Of a stretch of 64,000 nt of DNA, positions 1 through 8,991 are shown one piece after another (position 1 is the stretch's first letter; every line of letters begins with the position of its first letter). Position numbers and translations under genes: made by a program. The notes under the pieces were generated by a model, which saw only the letters and a list, made by a program, of their open reading frames with translations, did not search any database and was not told where the DNA came from. Origin of the DNA: an uncultured Bdellovibrionales bacterium (GTDB lineage: Bacteria; Patescibacteriota; Minisyncoccia; Moranbacterales; UBA1568); assembly GCA_964612055.1 (NCBI GenBank), contig CAZTBI010000001.1, positions 228,824-292,823 of the forward strand, read 5' to 3'.

Positions 1-1195
1 TAGGTGCTCCACCGGCAAGCTCAGCAAAAGTGGGTGCCAAATCTACGTTCCCAACAATATCGTCAACTACTTCCCCCTTGGCTACCCCAGGGCCACGGAC
101 AATGAGTGGGAGATGAATATCCTCTTCATAGATAGTTTGCTTTCCAGCATCCAATCGGTGCTGGCCAAGATGAAATCCATTGTCTGATGTAAAGACGATA
201 TACGTGTTGTCGAGTTCGCCCGTTTTTTCCAAAGTCTGAATAATGCGCTCAATCATATCATCTACAGCCTGAAGTGAACCTAAGCGTTTTCGGTATTTCT
301 CATCAAGTTCAGCAATCTTTTTACTAGAAAGCGGGCCTTGCTCTCGTACCCATAGTGCTTTGTCAGAAACATCAGCCTCGTCAAAAGCTGCCGTCCTTGG
401 TACCTGTAGATCCGCAAACATGCCGGCGTGACGAGGGGCGGGAGTGGCAGGGGCATGTGGTGCAGTTGGAGCGAGATACATGAAGAATGGACTGTCTGCG
501 TTGGTCCGCTTCTCTAAGAAAGACACTGTTTTATCAGCGAGCACATCGGTTTTGAAATCCTCGGGGGCTTTCCCGTAGGTGACAACCTTCCCATTCTCAT
601 TCATTTCATAGTCGTACACCTCTTGTGTAAAGATCGCTCGCCAATCGTCCCAACCTGGTGGAACATGATTTTTTGAAGTCGCTTTGTCCTCACCCTTTCC
701 ATACCCATTGAGGTATTTTCCAATAAATGATGTGGTATAACCCCAATTCTTGAGCCAGACACCGATAGTCTCTTGTTCTCCGTTGACCCCCAGTTGCTGA
801 AACTTTTCAAAACCACCGTTTGGAAGTTGATTCCCCTTGACATGGGTATTGTTGGCGTTCTGACCACGAAGAATCGAAGCACGAGCGACACAGCACAGGG
901 CATAGTTGTCAAAATAGTTTGAAAAAGATGTCCCCTCATTTACCAGGTACTTCTGGAGCTTTGGCATGTATGCCAGTGAAGCCAAGTCTTGGTCATCAGT
1001 GAGGATAAAGAGGATATTTGGACTCTCAGATGATACTGGTCGTGACACTACTGGTTGCCGCGTTGTTGATTGGCGCTCGGAGACTGACCCTGTACCTGTT
1101 TTGAGAAATGCCACCGCGGAAGCAATGAGAAATAAGGCGAGGAGGAGGATACCCCCTACCTTTATAGCCTTTGTTGTAAAAAATCCTTTCATCAT
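1..1195 (-). CDS. Membrane-anchored/secreted sulfatase (N-acetylglucosamine-6-sulfatase-like), 3' end runs off the window
   Basis: Not in the ORF track because there is no stop in the window. Manual translation: N-terminal hydrophobic segment, PNILFILTDDQ, LCCVARASILRGQ signature region, GNVDLAPTFAELAG. Confidence 0.88.
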   Translation of the reverse strand, partial: MMKGFFTTKAIKVGGILLLALFLIASAVAFLKTGTGSVSERQSTTRQPVVSRPVSSESPNILFILTDDQDLASLAYMPKLQKYLVNEGTSFSNYFDNYALCCVARASILRGQNANNTHVKGNQLPNGGFEKFQQLGVNGEQETIGVWLKNWGYTTSFIGKYLNGYGKGEDKATSKNHVPPGWDDWRAIFTQEVYDYEMNENGKVVTYGKAPEDFKTDVLADKTVSFLEKRTNADSPFFMYLAPTAPHAPATPAPRHAGMFADLQVPRTAAFDEADVSDKALWVREQGPLSSKKIAELDEKYRKRLGSLQAVDDMIERIIQTLEKTGELDNTYIVFTSDNGFHLGQHRLDAGKQTIYEEDIHLPLIVRGPGVAKGEVVDDIVGNVDLAPTFAELAGGAP

Positions 1196-1219
1196 AATTC
1201 TATCACTTACTTTACCTTA

Positions 1220-2485
1220 TTATTTATACATATTCGGTAAATCACGATCAAACAATGTATACGGATCGTTATAAAACTTTACGAATGAATCATAGTTCTT
1301 CTGACCAGGAAGCGGCACTCTATATCCTCCCTCTCCCCCTCTTGGTTCATTCGTCCAAGTCATAAAATAGACAATATTTTTCGCTACCGAATCAGCCTTG
1401 AGCGGTTCCAGGAAATCTTTCATGAACCAGTCTTGTGATGTCGTATTACCAAAACCTTGTTTCACTCCGGACTCGGTGATAGCAGCGACTTTCCCATGTT
1501 CTTCGGCAAACTCCACCAAAAAACGAGCGTCAGCTAATATAGCCTGAGTATAGTTATCACTCACTCTCTTCCCTTTTTCTGTCTCGTCTGTATCATAGCG
1601 GTCTACACCGACCACATCGACATAGGCATCACCAGGATACCGATCAAACCCTCCGTTAGGATGATCTGTTACCTGTGAAGGCGCGAAGGCGAAAAGCATA
1701 TTATGGACTCCTTTCTCATTGCGGAGGTAGTCAACCATATACCGCCAGGCAGCAATATATTCTTCCGGCGCACTATGCTTCTGTCCCCACCAGTCCCATG
1801 AACCGGTCATTTCGTGCCAAGGTCGGAATATGAGTGGTATTTTAACTCCATTCTCCTCCGCACTATTAGCAAAATCAGCGATATCATCAAGAATCTTTTT
1901 GAAATTCTCATTACCACTCTTGCCCGGCATAAGGTTTACCATTGGGTCACCATTGAAATCGTGAGAATCACCGAGGGTTACAGGGTTCGGCATAGGCATA
2001 TGAACTGTTACCACAGCTCCTTTGCGATAAGCATCAAGAACATACGGCTTGAGCCTATCCATTCCTTCGCCAACGGTGTAGTTTGTATTGAGATTGATCC
2101 CGTACAGGCCCGGACCATCACCAACAGCTGTTTCTATATCAGAAACATTTTTTTGACCAGCTTTTGCATTCCACTGCTGGCCACTAAGCGAAGCGTGCTG
2201 CTGACCAAAAATAAGCCCCTTCCCTCGGAGGGCCCGGAGATTCTGAAACAGCGCTACAGTTTCTTTGGTGGCCTTTTTATCCGAAGGAAGGGCGGTATCT
2301 GAAGAAGTATCTACACTTACAGGCTCTTCTGACGCCCGATTGTTTGTCTGGGTCTGGCGTGGCTGAGTCAAAACCGGTACCCCATCATCTGTCCTCTGTT
2401 TCATGAAAAACGTGACCGCCAGAACCCCAAGTACTACAACAAAGAGCGCTATCAAAAGGTATTTTAGAGCAGTAGCTTTATTCAT
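1220..2485 (-). CDS. Glycoside hydrolase family 26 (beta-mannanase-like) with N-terminal membrane anchor
   Basis: IFRPWHEMTGSWDWWG acid/base motif, YPGDAYVDVVGVDRYD, AAITESG nucleophile region. Confidence 0.88.
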   Translation of the reverse strand: MNKATALKYLLIALFVVVLGVLAVTFFMKQRTDDGVPVLTQPRQTQTNNRASEEPVSVDTSSDTALPSDKKATKETVALFQNLRALRGKGLIFGQQHASLSGQQWNAKAGQKNVSDIETAVGDGPGLYGINLNTNYTVGEGMDRLKPYVLDAYRKGAVVTVHMPMPNPVTLGDSHDFNGDPMVNLMPGKSGNENFKKILDDIADFANSAEENGVKIPLIFRPWHEMTGSWDWWGQKHSAPEEYIAAWRYMVDYLRNEKGVHNMLFAFAPSQVTDHPNGGFDRYPGDAYVDVVGVDRYDTDETEKGKRVSDNYTQAILADARFLVEFAEEHGKVAAITESGVKQGFGNTTSQDWFMKDFLEPLKADSVAKNIVYFMTWTNEPRGGEGGYRVPLPGQKNYDSFVKFYNDPYTLFDRDLPNMYK

Positions 2486-2552
2486 AAATGAGGGAAAAAT
2501 ACTAATAAGCGCATTATAACACTCTTTGTCTTAATACTCCCGGGGAACAAAA

Positions 2553-2578
2553 AAGGACCCATTTAATGGGTCCACTTA
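2553..2578 (-). terminator. Intrinsic terminator downstream of tRNA-Gln
   Basis: GGACCCAT-ttaa/ATGGGTCC hairpin next to an A-run on + (U-run on -). Confidence 0.6.
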
Positions 2579-2590
2579 TTCTTTTCAATG

Positions 2591-2662
2591 CTGGGGAGGA
2601 AGGGATCGAACCTTCGCATGGTGGGACCAGAACCCACTGCCTTACCGCTTGGCTACTCCCCA
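2591..2662 (-). tRNA. tRNA-Gln(CTG), CCA not encoded
   Basis: TGGGGAG/CTCCCCA acceptor stem, GTGGG-TTCTGGT-CCCAC anticodon arm, GAAGG-TTCGATC-CCTTC T arm. Confidence 0.95.
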
Positions 2663-2666
2663 ATAA

Positions 2667-2918
2667 CTACAAACTATCTAGTATTTCTTTTAGTTCTCTT
2701 CTGCCACTTCTTGTTTTCAGGTACAATTCTCTTTTTCTGGCTTTGTCCAGACTATCAAAACTTTCAAAGTAAATCAATCGTAGAGGCCTTCGGTTCATTG
2801 TGGCCCTACATCTGCCATTATTATGCTCCTCTAGTCTCCGCCTGAGATTATCTGTTGAGCCAGTATAAGTTTTACCGTCGCCTAGACTAAGGAGAATGTA
2901 TACTGTGTTTTCTTTCAT
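2667..2918 (-). CDS. Small GIY-YIG nuclease family protein (83 aa)
   Basis: VYIL...TYTGSTDNLRRRLEEHN...LIYFE...ARKRELYLK. Start taken at ATG 2918 rather than 3071 because the upstream part is a tRNA remnant. Confidence 0.9.
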   Translation of the reverse strand: MKENTVYILLSLGDGKTYTGSTDNLRRRLEEHNNGRCRATMNRRPLRLIYFESFDSLDKARKRELYLKTRSGRRELKEILDSL

Positions 2919-2920
2919 AA

Positions 2921-3017
2921 GACCAGAACCCACTGCCTTATCCGTCCTCGTTTCTCTCGGCCGAGACAAGCCGCTTGGTTTACCTCGGCTCGCTTTAGCG
3001 AGACGGGCTACTCCCCA
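2921..3017 (-). pseudogene. Duplicated 5' half of tRNA-Gln (38 nt) interrupted by two ~29-30-nt palindromic inserts
   Basis: TGGGGAGTAGCC[insert]AAGCGG[insert]TAAGGCAGTGGGTTCTGGTC matches the first 38 nt of the intact tRNA once the inserts are removed. Confidence 0.9.
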
Positions 3018-3094
3018 AGAATGTATATCAAAACGCCCTCCTATCCTAGCGAAAAAGAGGCTCTCGGTCAAGATGAAAGCCTCCTTGGAAACAC

Positions 3095-4009
3095 CTACAC
3101 TTTCAGATAGCGACGGATGGCAATGGTGCTGGAAATCACTCCCAAGAGTACGCCGAGGAGTAAAAGTCCGAAGAGAACAGGAAAGAAGAAATGAAGGTAC
3201 AGTCCCATGAAATTCCCCTGCGGAATCGCTCCTTCAGTCAGTGGTGAGATAAAATAAGCAGCGCCAAAAAGAGAAATGGCCGTCACCAAAGCTGCCGCCA
3301 CTCCGTAGAATATACCTTCGAACATAAATGGCATACGTACATAGATGTTGGACGCCCCTACCAAACGCATGATCTCGAATTCCTGACGGTGCGAATAAAT
3401 AGTGATTCGAATCGTGTTGAACGTAATGAGAACAGCAATAAAGATAAATGACAAGCCGAGAATCAAGCCCACTCTCTTCGCAGTACTATTGATGTGATCG
3501 AGGCGATCAAAAATCTTTTTATTCTTGGCGTAGTTGATACGGCTGATGTCACTCTGGAAGGTCGAATGCTCTATCTGATTGACGATCACATCGTAGTATT
3601 CTGGCTGCACCGCTTTCACAACGAGCGAAGCCAAAAGTGGGTTTTCGCCAATTTCTTCTACTGCCTGAGCAATGATCGGGTCATTACCACTTTCTGAGAG
3701 GAAATTCTTCAGCGCATTATCTCGTGAAACGTACTCGACCGACGCTACTTCTTTTTTGTATTTGGCCAGTTCATCACGAATCTCCAAGATACGCTCTTCT
3801 GAAACATCCGGGTTGAAAGAAACACTCACCGTTACCTTGTCACGCATCCCTTGGAGTACATAGTGTGTCGTCACACCGAGCAGAGTCGAGAGACTGACGA
3901 TGAAAAGCGAAAGTGTCAAAATACTGACCGTCGCAAAAGACAACCAACCATTACGATGGAAGTTGAGCCAGCCTTCTTTAAATGTTCGCCACAGTTTCAG
4001 TGCTTTCAT
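3095..4009 (-). CDS. ftsX: Cell division ABC transporter permease FtsX
   Basis: Four-TM FtsX layout, NTIRITIYSHRQEFEIMRLVGAS, downstream of ftsE. Confidence 0.92.
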   Translation of the reverse strand: MKALKLWRTFKEGWLNFHRNGWLSFATVSILTLSLFIVSLSTLLGVTTHYVLQGMRDKVTVSVSFNPDVSEERILEIRDELAKYKKEVASVEYVSRDNALKNFLSESGNDPIIAQAVEEIGENPLLASLVVKAVQPEYYDVIVNQIEHSTFQSDISRINYAKNKKIFDRLDHINSTAKRVGLILGLSFIFIAVLITFNTIRITIYSHRQEFEIMRLVGASNIYVRMPFMFEGIFYGVAAALVTAISLFGAAYFISPLTEGAIPQGNFMGLYLHFFFPVLFGLLLLGVLLGVISSTIAIRRYLKV

Positions 4010-4016
4010 GTTTTTA

Positions 4017-4733
4017 TTATTGTAACATATACTTCCCCTTGCTTTCATCATGAGCAATACGCCCATCCTTCAAAATAACAACGCGCTTACCTAAATTATC
4101 AACAACCCCTTTGTTGTGGGTCGCCAAAATGACCGTAGTGCCAAAGGAATTAATCTCAAGGAGTAGCTGGATGATTTCATTACTGGATATTGGATCCAAG
4201 TTACCGGTCGGCTCATCAGCAATAATCACCTTTGGACGATGGATAAGAGCTCGGGCCAAAGAAACACGCTGCTGCTCTCCTCCAGAAAGTTGGTGTGGAA
4301 ACTTGTCCATCTTTGTTGCCAAACCAACGATGTCGAGTATTTCTGGCACTTGAGCGCTGATCTCTTCTTCGCTCACACCATCAACTTCGAGTGCGTAGGC
4401 CACGTTTTCAAAGGCTGTCTTCTGTGGGAGAAGCTTGAAATCCTGAAAAACTGTCCCGATGTTGCGACGATAGTATGGGAGATGCTTGCGATTGATCTGC
4501 GTTATTGGACGCTCACTGAAATACACCTCGCCCTCTGTTGGTATCTCTTCAGCATAGATCAATTTGAGGAGTGTCGATTTTCCCACGCCACTCGCTCCCA
4601 CCAGAGAAAGAAACTCTCCAGGATAGACTACCAGGTTGATGTTTTTCAATACCGTAATATCACCCTGGTAGGTTTTTGAGACATTTTCGAAACGAATAAT
4701 AGATCGTTTCTTTTCTGGTATTTTTTCTGGCAT
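4017..4733 (-). CDS. ftsE: Cell division ATP-binding protein FtsE
   Basis: GASGVGKST, VFQDFKLL, LSGGEQQRV, ADEPTGNLD. Confidence 0.93.
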   Translation of the reverse strand: MPEKIPEKKRSIIRFENVSKTYQGDITVLKNINLVVYPGEFLSLVGASGVGKSTLLKLIYAEEIPTEGEVYFSERPITQINRKHLPYYRRNIGTVFQDFKLLPQKTAFENVAYALEVDGVSEEEISAQVPEILDIVGLATKMDKFPHQLSGGEQQRVSLARALIHRPKVIIADEPTGNLDPISSNEIIQLLLEINSFGTTVILATHNKGVVDNLGKRVVILKDGRIAHDESKGKYMLQ

Positions 4734-4755
4734 AGTTTTTATTTTGAAAATTCTG

Positions 4756-5845
4756 TTATTGCGATTGGAGATAACGGAGTGTACTTTCTATGAACATATC
4801 CAGTGATCCATCAAGCACTTTGGCCGTATCACTGGTTTCCGTGTCGGTACGATGATCTTTGACGAGGGTATAGGGGTGGAGGACATAGGAACGAATCTGG
4901 TTTCCCCACTCAGCGCTCTTGTATTCACCCCGGAGTTTGCGCTTAGCCTCTGCTTCTTCTTCCAATTGCTTCTGGAGCAACTTTGATTTCAAAAGTTTCA
5001 TTGCCTGCTCACGATTCTGGAGTTGAGAACGCTCAGTTTGACAGGTCACCACTGTGTTCGTCGGTAAGTGCGTGATCCGGACTGCGCTCTCGGTCTTGTT
5101 GACGTTTTGTCCGCCAGCGCCAGAAGAGCGATAGGTATCGATACGCAGTTCTTCAGGCTTGATGACAATAGCCGTGTCATCATTTTCGATCACCGGCATC
5201 ACTTCGACCGAAGCAAAGGAAGTCTGACGCAAGCTATTGGCATTGAAAGGCGAGAGACGCACCAATCGATGAATCCCGGCTTCTCCGCGTAAATAACCAT
5301 ACCCATAGACACCGTCTATCTCGAGAGTCACGCTCTTGATCCCTGCTTCACTACCACGGGCTTCATCGAGAATACTGGTCCGAAAGCCTTTCTTCTCAGC
5401 ATACCGGAGATACATGCGCATCAGTATCTCTGCCCAATCCTGAGCATCGACACCGCCAGCTCCACTTCGAATAGTGAGCAGTGCTGAGCCACGATCATAC
5501 GTTCCTCCCAAGAGCGTTTTGAACTCCCAGTCGTGTATAGCTTGTGCCGCCTTCTTATACTCATCCTCTACCAAGGCCATAGCTTCAGTAGTATTTTCTT
5601 TGGAAAAAGCTTCCAAATCAGAGAGGGCATTTCGAAGCGATTCAAAAGACTGACGTTCTTTTTCGAGAGTTTCTATTTCTTGCATGATGCGACCAGCTTT
5701 CTTTGGATCATTCCAAAACCCTGGCTGCTCACTCTCTCGCTTCAGTTCGTCTTTCTTTTTTTCCTTTGCGGCAAAGTCAAAGGTAGTCCTGCAACTGCAG
5801 GAGTTTTTGTTGAAGAGCTGCGATGTTTTCCTGTACTTCGCTCAT
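4756..5845 (-). CDS. prfB: Peptide chain release factor 2, programmed +1 frameshift
   Basis: SPF and GGQ motifs. Upstream 22-codon ORF from ATG 5845 ends in CTT TGA C, and the +1 frame joins the main ORF. Confidence 0.96.
5776..5782 (-). promoter_or_regulatory. RF2 autoregulatory frameshift site CTT-TGA-C
   Basis: Canonical slippery site, in frame with ATG 5845. Confidence 0.93.
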
Positions 5846-5899
5846 GAGTCTCATTATAGCAACTTTCTTATTATTCGAGAAGGAATCCCTGCCCTCAGG

Positions 5900-5928
5900 T
5901 TGAAATTTTTCGCTCTTTGATATAGACT
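5900..5928 (+). promoter_or_regulatory. Sigma70-type promoter for the tRNA-Thr locus
   Basis: TTGAAA-17 bp-TAGACT. Confidence 0.6.
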
Positions 5929-5937
5929 GGTCTCCAT

Positions 5938-5988
5938 GCCGATGTAGCTCAGTTTCCGCCAGAGGCGGACCAGCCTCGGGCTGGGGTA
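5938..5988 (+). pseudogene. 5' tRNA (Thr-like) remnant with a 30-nt palindromic insert in the D loop
   Basis: GCCGATG-TAGCTCAGTT[TCCGCCAGAGGCGGACCAGCCTCGGGCTGG]GGTA. Confidence 0.75.
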
Positions 5989-6049
5989 CGAATGATAACG
6001 CACTTCCGCCAAAGGCGGATAGACTCCACGCGCAGGTTATTTTTTAAGA

Positions 6050-6122
6050 GCCGTCTTAGCTCAGTTGGTAGAGCGTGGCATTCGTAACGCCAAGGTCCGG
6101 AGTTCGATCCTCCGAGACGGCT
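6050..6122 (+). tRNA. tRNA-Thr(CGT)
   Basis: GCCGTCT/AGACGGC acceptor stem, TTCGTAA anticodon loop, CGGAG-TTCGATC-CTCCG T arm. Confidence 0.94.
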
Positions 6123-6148
6123 CTCAGGAAATAACACTTAGGTTTTTA

Positions 6149-6189
6149 GGTTCCCTGCCCGCCTCTGGAGGGAATCCCGGTCATCGGCT
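6149..6189 (+). pseudogene. 3' tRNA remnant with an 18-nt insert in the T loop
   Basis: GGTTC[CCTGCCCGCCTCTGGAGG]GAATCCCGGT-CATCGGC-T. CATCGGC complements GCCGATG at 5938. Confidence 0.7.
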
Positions 6190-6194
6190 CAAAG

Positions 6195-6228
6195 AAAAAA
6201 CAGCCCTCGTAAACACGGGCTGTTTTTT
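6195..6228. terminator. Bidirectional intrinsic terminator
   Basis: AAAAAACAGCCC...GGGCTGTTTTTT between convergent units. Confidence 0.8.
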
Positions 6229-6237
6229 ATCGCCTCA

Positions 6238-7266
6238 TCACTTGGCGAGCTCTTGGTCGATAGCCTGCTTGATGTCGGTAGCTGTGACTGCACCATCAAG
6301 AAAAGTCCCCCCAATAAAAGTAGCTGGGGTAGTGCTCAAGAAAAGCGTTGCTGCCTCTTCTTTATCCTGTGCTATTTTTTCTTTGTACGTACCATTCTCG
6401 AGACAACTTGAGAATTTCTTGTAATCAAGTTTCAGCCACCAAGCGTAATCCTTGAATTTCTGGAGATTCGAGACCTTACCCCACTCCCCTTGCTTATTGA
6501 AAAGATGATCGGCATAGATATCAAACTTTCCTTGTTCATTGGCACATTCCGAAGCCAAGGCGGCATTTTCTGCCTGAGCATGATAAGAGAGTGGTAGGTG
6601 CTTGTAGACCAGACGCACCTGATCACCATAGGAAGCAGCTACTTGCTTCAGCGTAGTATGAAATGTTTTGCAGTGTGGACATTCAAAATCAGAAAACTCA
6701 ATCAGAGTCACTTTGGCATTTTCCGAGCCAGAGACAATATCTTTTTCACTAACTCCTGGAAGTTTCAAATATCTTCCAGCCGGCAAACCGATTTTTGCCA
6801 TGTCAAAGAAGTAACGACCGTCACGTACCTGAAAAAGACTTGATGCCTGAGAGTAAAAACTGGTGTGAAGAATGTCTTTGGAAAAAACAAAAGCTGGCAA
6901 CGTCACTACGCCAGAACGCTCAGCCAGACCCTTCCCAAGAGGATCAGCGATATCAATCTTGGTCGCTTCCAGAGTCGGGACGACACGACGAAGCCAGACC
7001 AGAGCCTCGCTCGGATCACAGGCACTACAATCCTTATCCGTGATCACTGAAAGCTCTACCTTTGGATCACCATATCCCACCCACGTCTTTCCGGATGTCT
7101 CAAGGACGTTGTGCGTTCGCGTCGCCCAAGGGGAAAATCCTTCACCACTTACGAGCTGAACAAAATCAACACACAGACTCCCGAGAAAAAGTCCGCCGAG
7201 AATAATCGTCAACGCCAAAAGATTCTTGGTCTTTTCGTTCTTTTTCTCAAACAATTCTTCTTGCAT
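6238..7266 (-). CDS. DsbA/thioredoxin-fold protein with N-terminal TM and two CxxC domains
   Basis: EFSDFECPHC, LVYKHLPL, TP cis-Pro loop, upstream CSAC. Confidence 0.88.
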   Translation of the reverse strand: MQEELFEKKNEKTKNLLALTIILGGLFLGSLCVDFVQLVSGEGFSPWATRTHNVLETSGKTWVGYGDPKVELSVITDKDCSACDPSEALVWLRRVVPTLEATKIDIADPLGKGLAERSGVVTLPAFVFSKDILHTSFYSQASSLFQVRDGRYFFDMAKIGLPAGRYLKLPGVSEKDIVSGSENAKVTLIEFSDFECPHCKTFHTTLKQVAASYGDQVRLVYKHLPLSYHAQAENAALASECANEQGKFDIYADHLFNKQGEWGKVSNLQKFKDYAWWLKLDYKKFSSCLENGTYKEKIAQDKEEAATLFLSTTPATFIGGTFLDGAVTATDIKQAIDQELAK

Positions 7267-7284
7267 AGATAGAGATTATCAGGA

Positions 7285-7605
7285 TTATTCCCCTTCCTCC
7301 GAACATGATTCTCCACGAGGGGCTGGCTCTTGTGAGGTCGCCAGTGTCCCGCCGTTTTGAATCAACTCTTTCTGAAGGATGTTCAAATCAACAACATTTG
7401 AAGAGCGAGAGAGCTTGTAATCGTCGAAACCAATGGTGAGTGTGTCGTTCACGATAGACTTCAAGAGGGCGCCGGTAAGCAAGGCAACAAGAAAGAGCAG
7501 GGCTAAATCACGAGATGTATATTCGCGATGAAGTAGGTTTTTTGCAAAAACCTGAGCTTCCTTGGCTTTTTTTGAAGCTTTATCCTGCCAATCAATCATT
7601 TCCAT
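7285..7605 (-). CDS. Hypothetical membrane protein
   Basis: One TM helix, co-oriented with the dsbA-like gene. Confidence 0.7.
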   Translation of the reverse strand: MEMIDWQDKASKKAKEAQVFAKNLLHREYTSRDLALLFLVALLTGALLKSIVNDTLTIGFDDYKLSRSSNVVDLNILQKELIQNGGTLATSQEPAPRGESCSEEGE

Positions 7606-7705
7606 AGGCTTGAAAGTTGAAAGAGTACCTTAGCACGAGACCGTCCTTTTTGACAATCCCCGTCTAAAAGAAAAAAGGCCCTACTTATATAGGCGCCCTC
7701 TTTTC

Positions 7706-8467
7706 TTACTTCGAGCCAAAAGCACTTGGCGTACGAATGGTTTTGAAACCATCTGTTGGTCCGAACCACTTTGAGAGATAACCTTCGCAGTTATTACTCT
7801 TCTGGCAGGTACCATCAAACGTATTGTAGGCTGAGTTTGTTTCGCGCCAGTAATCAATACCCATTTGCAATCGTGCTAGACCACTGATTCGCACCTCCAT
7901 CTCAACAATATAATTCATGCCGGGCTTGGCAGTGGCCTTTGGATCTGTCCAGCCATGATAAATAAAACGTGGTGCTTTACTGACATCAATAACGAGCGCT
8001 TCATCCCCCTTCTTGACCATTCCTTTTGTTGGCTGCGAAGGACCTCCTTGGTACCAACCTGGAATACGTGGGTATAATTCTCCATCAAAAGTCGCCGCGC
8101 CATTATTGTCCGAGAAGTCTGTAACCTCACTCACTACTTCCTCTGTATTAGTAGAGAGGTCATGTTCAATCAACCGGATCGCTCTAATTTCGAGTTTTGC
8201 CTCTTGATCAGCCGGCGTATCACACGGAACGACACTCACCACTTGCATAAGAGCAAGTACCGCATGAAAATCTTCCGGCGCCGTCCCTCGCCAAATAGTT
8301 TCTTTTTTATGCTGTGCCCCAAATGGCACGGTGAAGGACTGAAGCGCCAAAGGAGCCTCTTTGCTCAAAGCGCACACCGCCTCAATCGTTTTGAGTTCTG
8401 GTCCAAATGTAGCGGCATAACTTGCCACCAACATTGTAAGTATTCCAAAATAGACAATTCTTCCCAT
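7706..8467 (-). CDS. Hypothetical exported protein
   Basis: 253-aa ORF with signal-like N-terminus, followed by a hairpin. Confidence 0.7.
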   Translation of the reverse strand: MGRIVYFGILTMLVASYAATFGPELKTIEAVCALSKEAPLALQSFTVPFGAQHKKETIWRGTAPEDFHAVLALMQVVSVVPCDTPADQEAKLEIRAIRLIEHDLSTNTEEVVSEVTDFSDNNGAATFDGELYPRIPGWYQGGPSQPTKGMVKKGDEALVIDVSKAPRFIYHGWTDPKATAKPGMNYIVEMEVRISGLARLQMGIDYWRETNSAYNTFDGTCQKSNNCEGYLSKWFGPTDGFKTIRTPSAFGSK

Positions 8468-8525
8468 AACTAAAAGGTGGGGTTAGCGTTCAAAATGACT
8501 CTACATTTAAGCACTTTTCTGTGTT

Positions 8526-8867
8526 TTAGTCAATGGAGATAATGTCGTCCAGAACACTGTCCAAATCATCGATACTTCGTGAACCAATGCCATCAGCCTT
8601 GCACGATGGGTTCTTCAATTCTGCTCGAACAGTTTCTACCACCGAAACCGGCTTCACTCCCTTGATAATATTGTCATTTACGGCGATATTTGGCCCCTCC
8701 TTGCAGCCAGACAGACAGCGTGGGGACTTCATGACCAACGCTTCTTCAGAGGCAAATCCTTGCTTCAAAGCAAGGAGAATATTTTCTGCCCCTCTTTGGC
8801 AGCAGCTTTCCTCGAAACACACTTTGATAGTGGCTCGGACATCTTTTTGTGGAGTGATTTCTTCCAT
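8526..8867 (-). CDS. Thioredoxin-like (2Fe-2S) ferredoxin domain protein
   Basis: VCFEESC..RGA...CLSGCKEGPNI pattern of the NuoE-like fold. Confidence 0.8.
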   Translation of the reverse strand: MEEITPQKDVRATIKVCFEESCCQRGAENILLALKQGFASEEALVMKSPRCLSGCKEGPNIAVNDNIIKGVKPVSVVETVRAELKNPSCKADGIGSRSIDDLDSVLDDIISID

Positions 8868-8991
8868 ATCCGTCCTACTCTATCACGCTTCCCATCTCTT
8901 GACAATACTCAAAAGAAAGGGTATAAATAGAAGATTTCTTTGACAATCTAACTCTGTCCGCAAGACAGCTCTCAACAACTGAGGAGTCACC

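Noticed and set aside
601-1274. ORFs 601-939 (-) and 966-1274 (+)
   Set aside because: Shadow frames of the sulfatase, which the track missed because it has no stop in the window
2663-3017. Group I intron or spliced tRNA interpretation
   Set aside because: Only 2 and 4 nt flank the ORF, leaving no room for a ribozyme core, and the downstream tRNA is already complete
2919-3071. N-terminal extension of the GIY-YIG ORF
   Set aside because: Translates the tRNA remnant and inserts; family similarity starts at MKENTVYIL
4756-5845. prfB pseudogene or reassigned TGA (code 25)
   Set aside because: The internal TGA is the canonical programmed frameshift, and conserved genes such as secA, pgk and murG end at TGA
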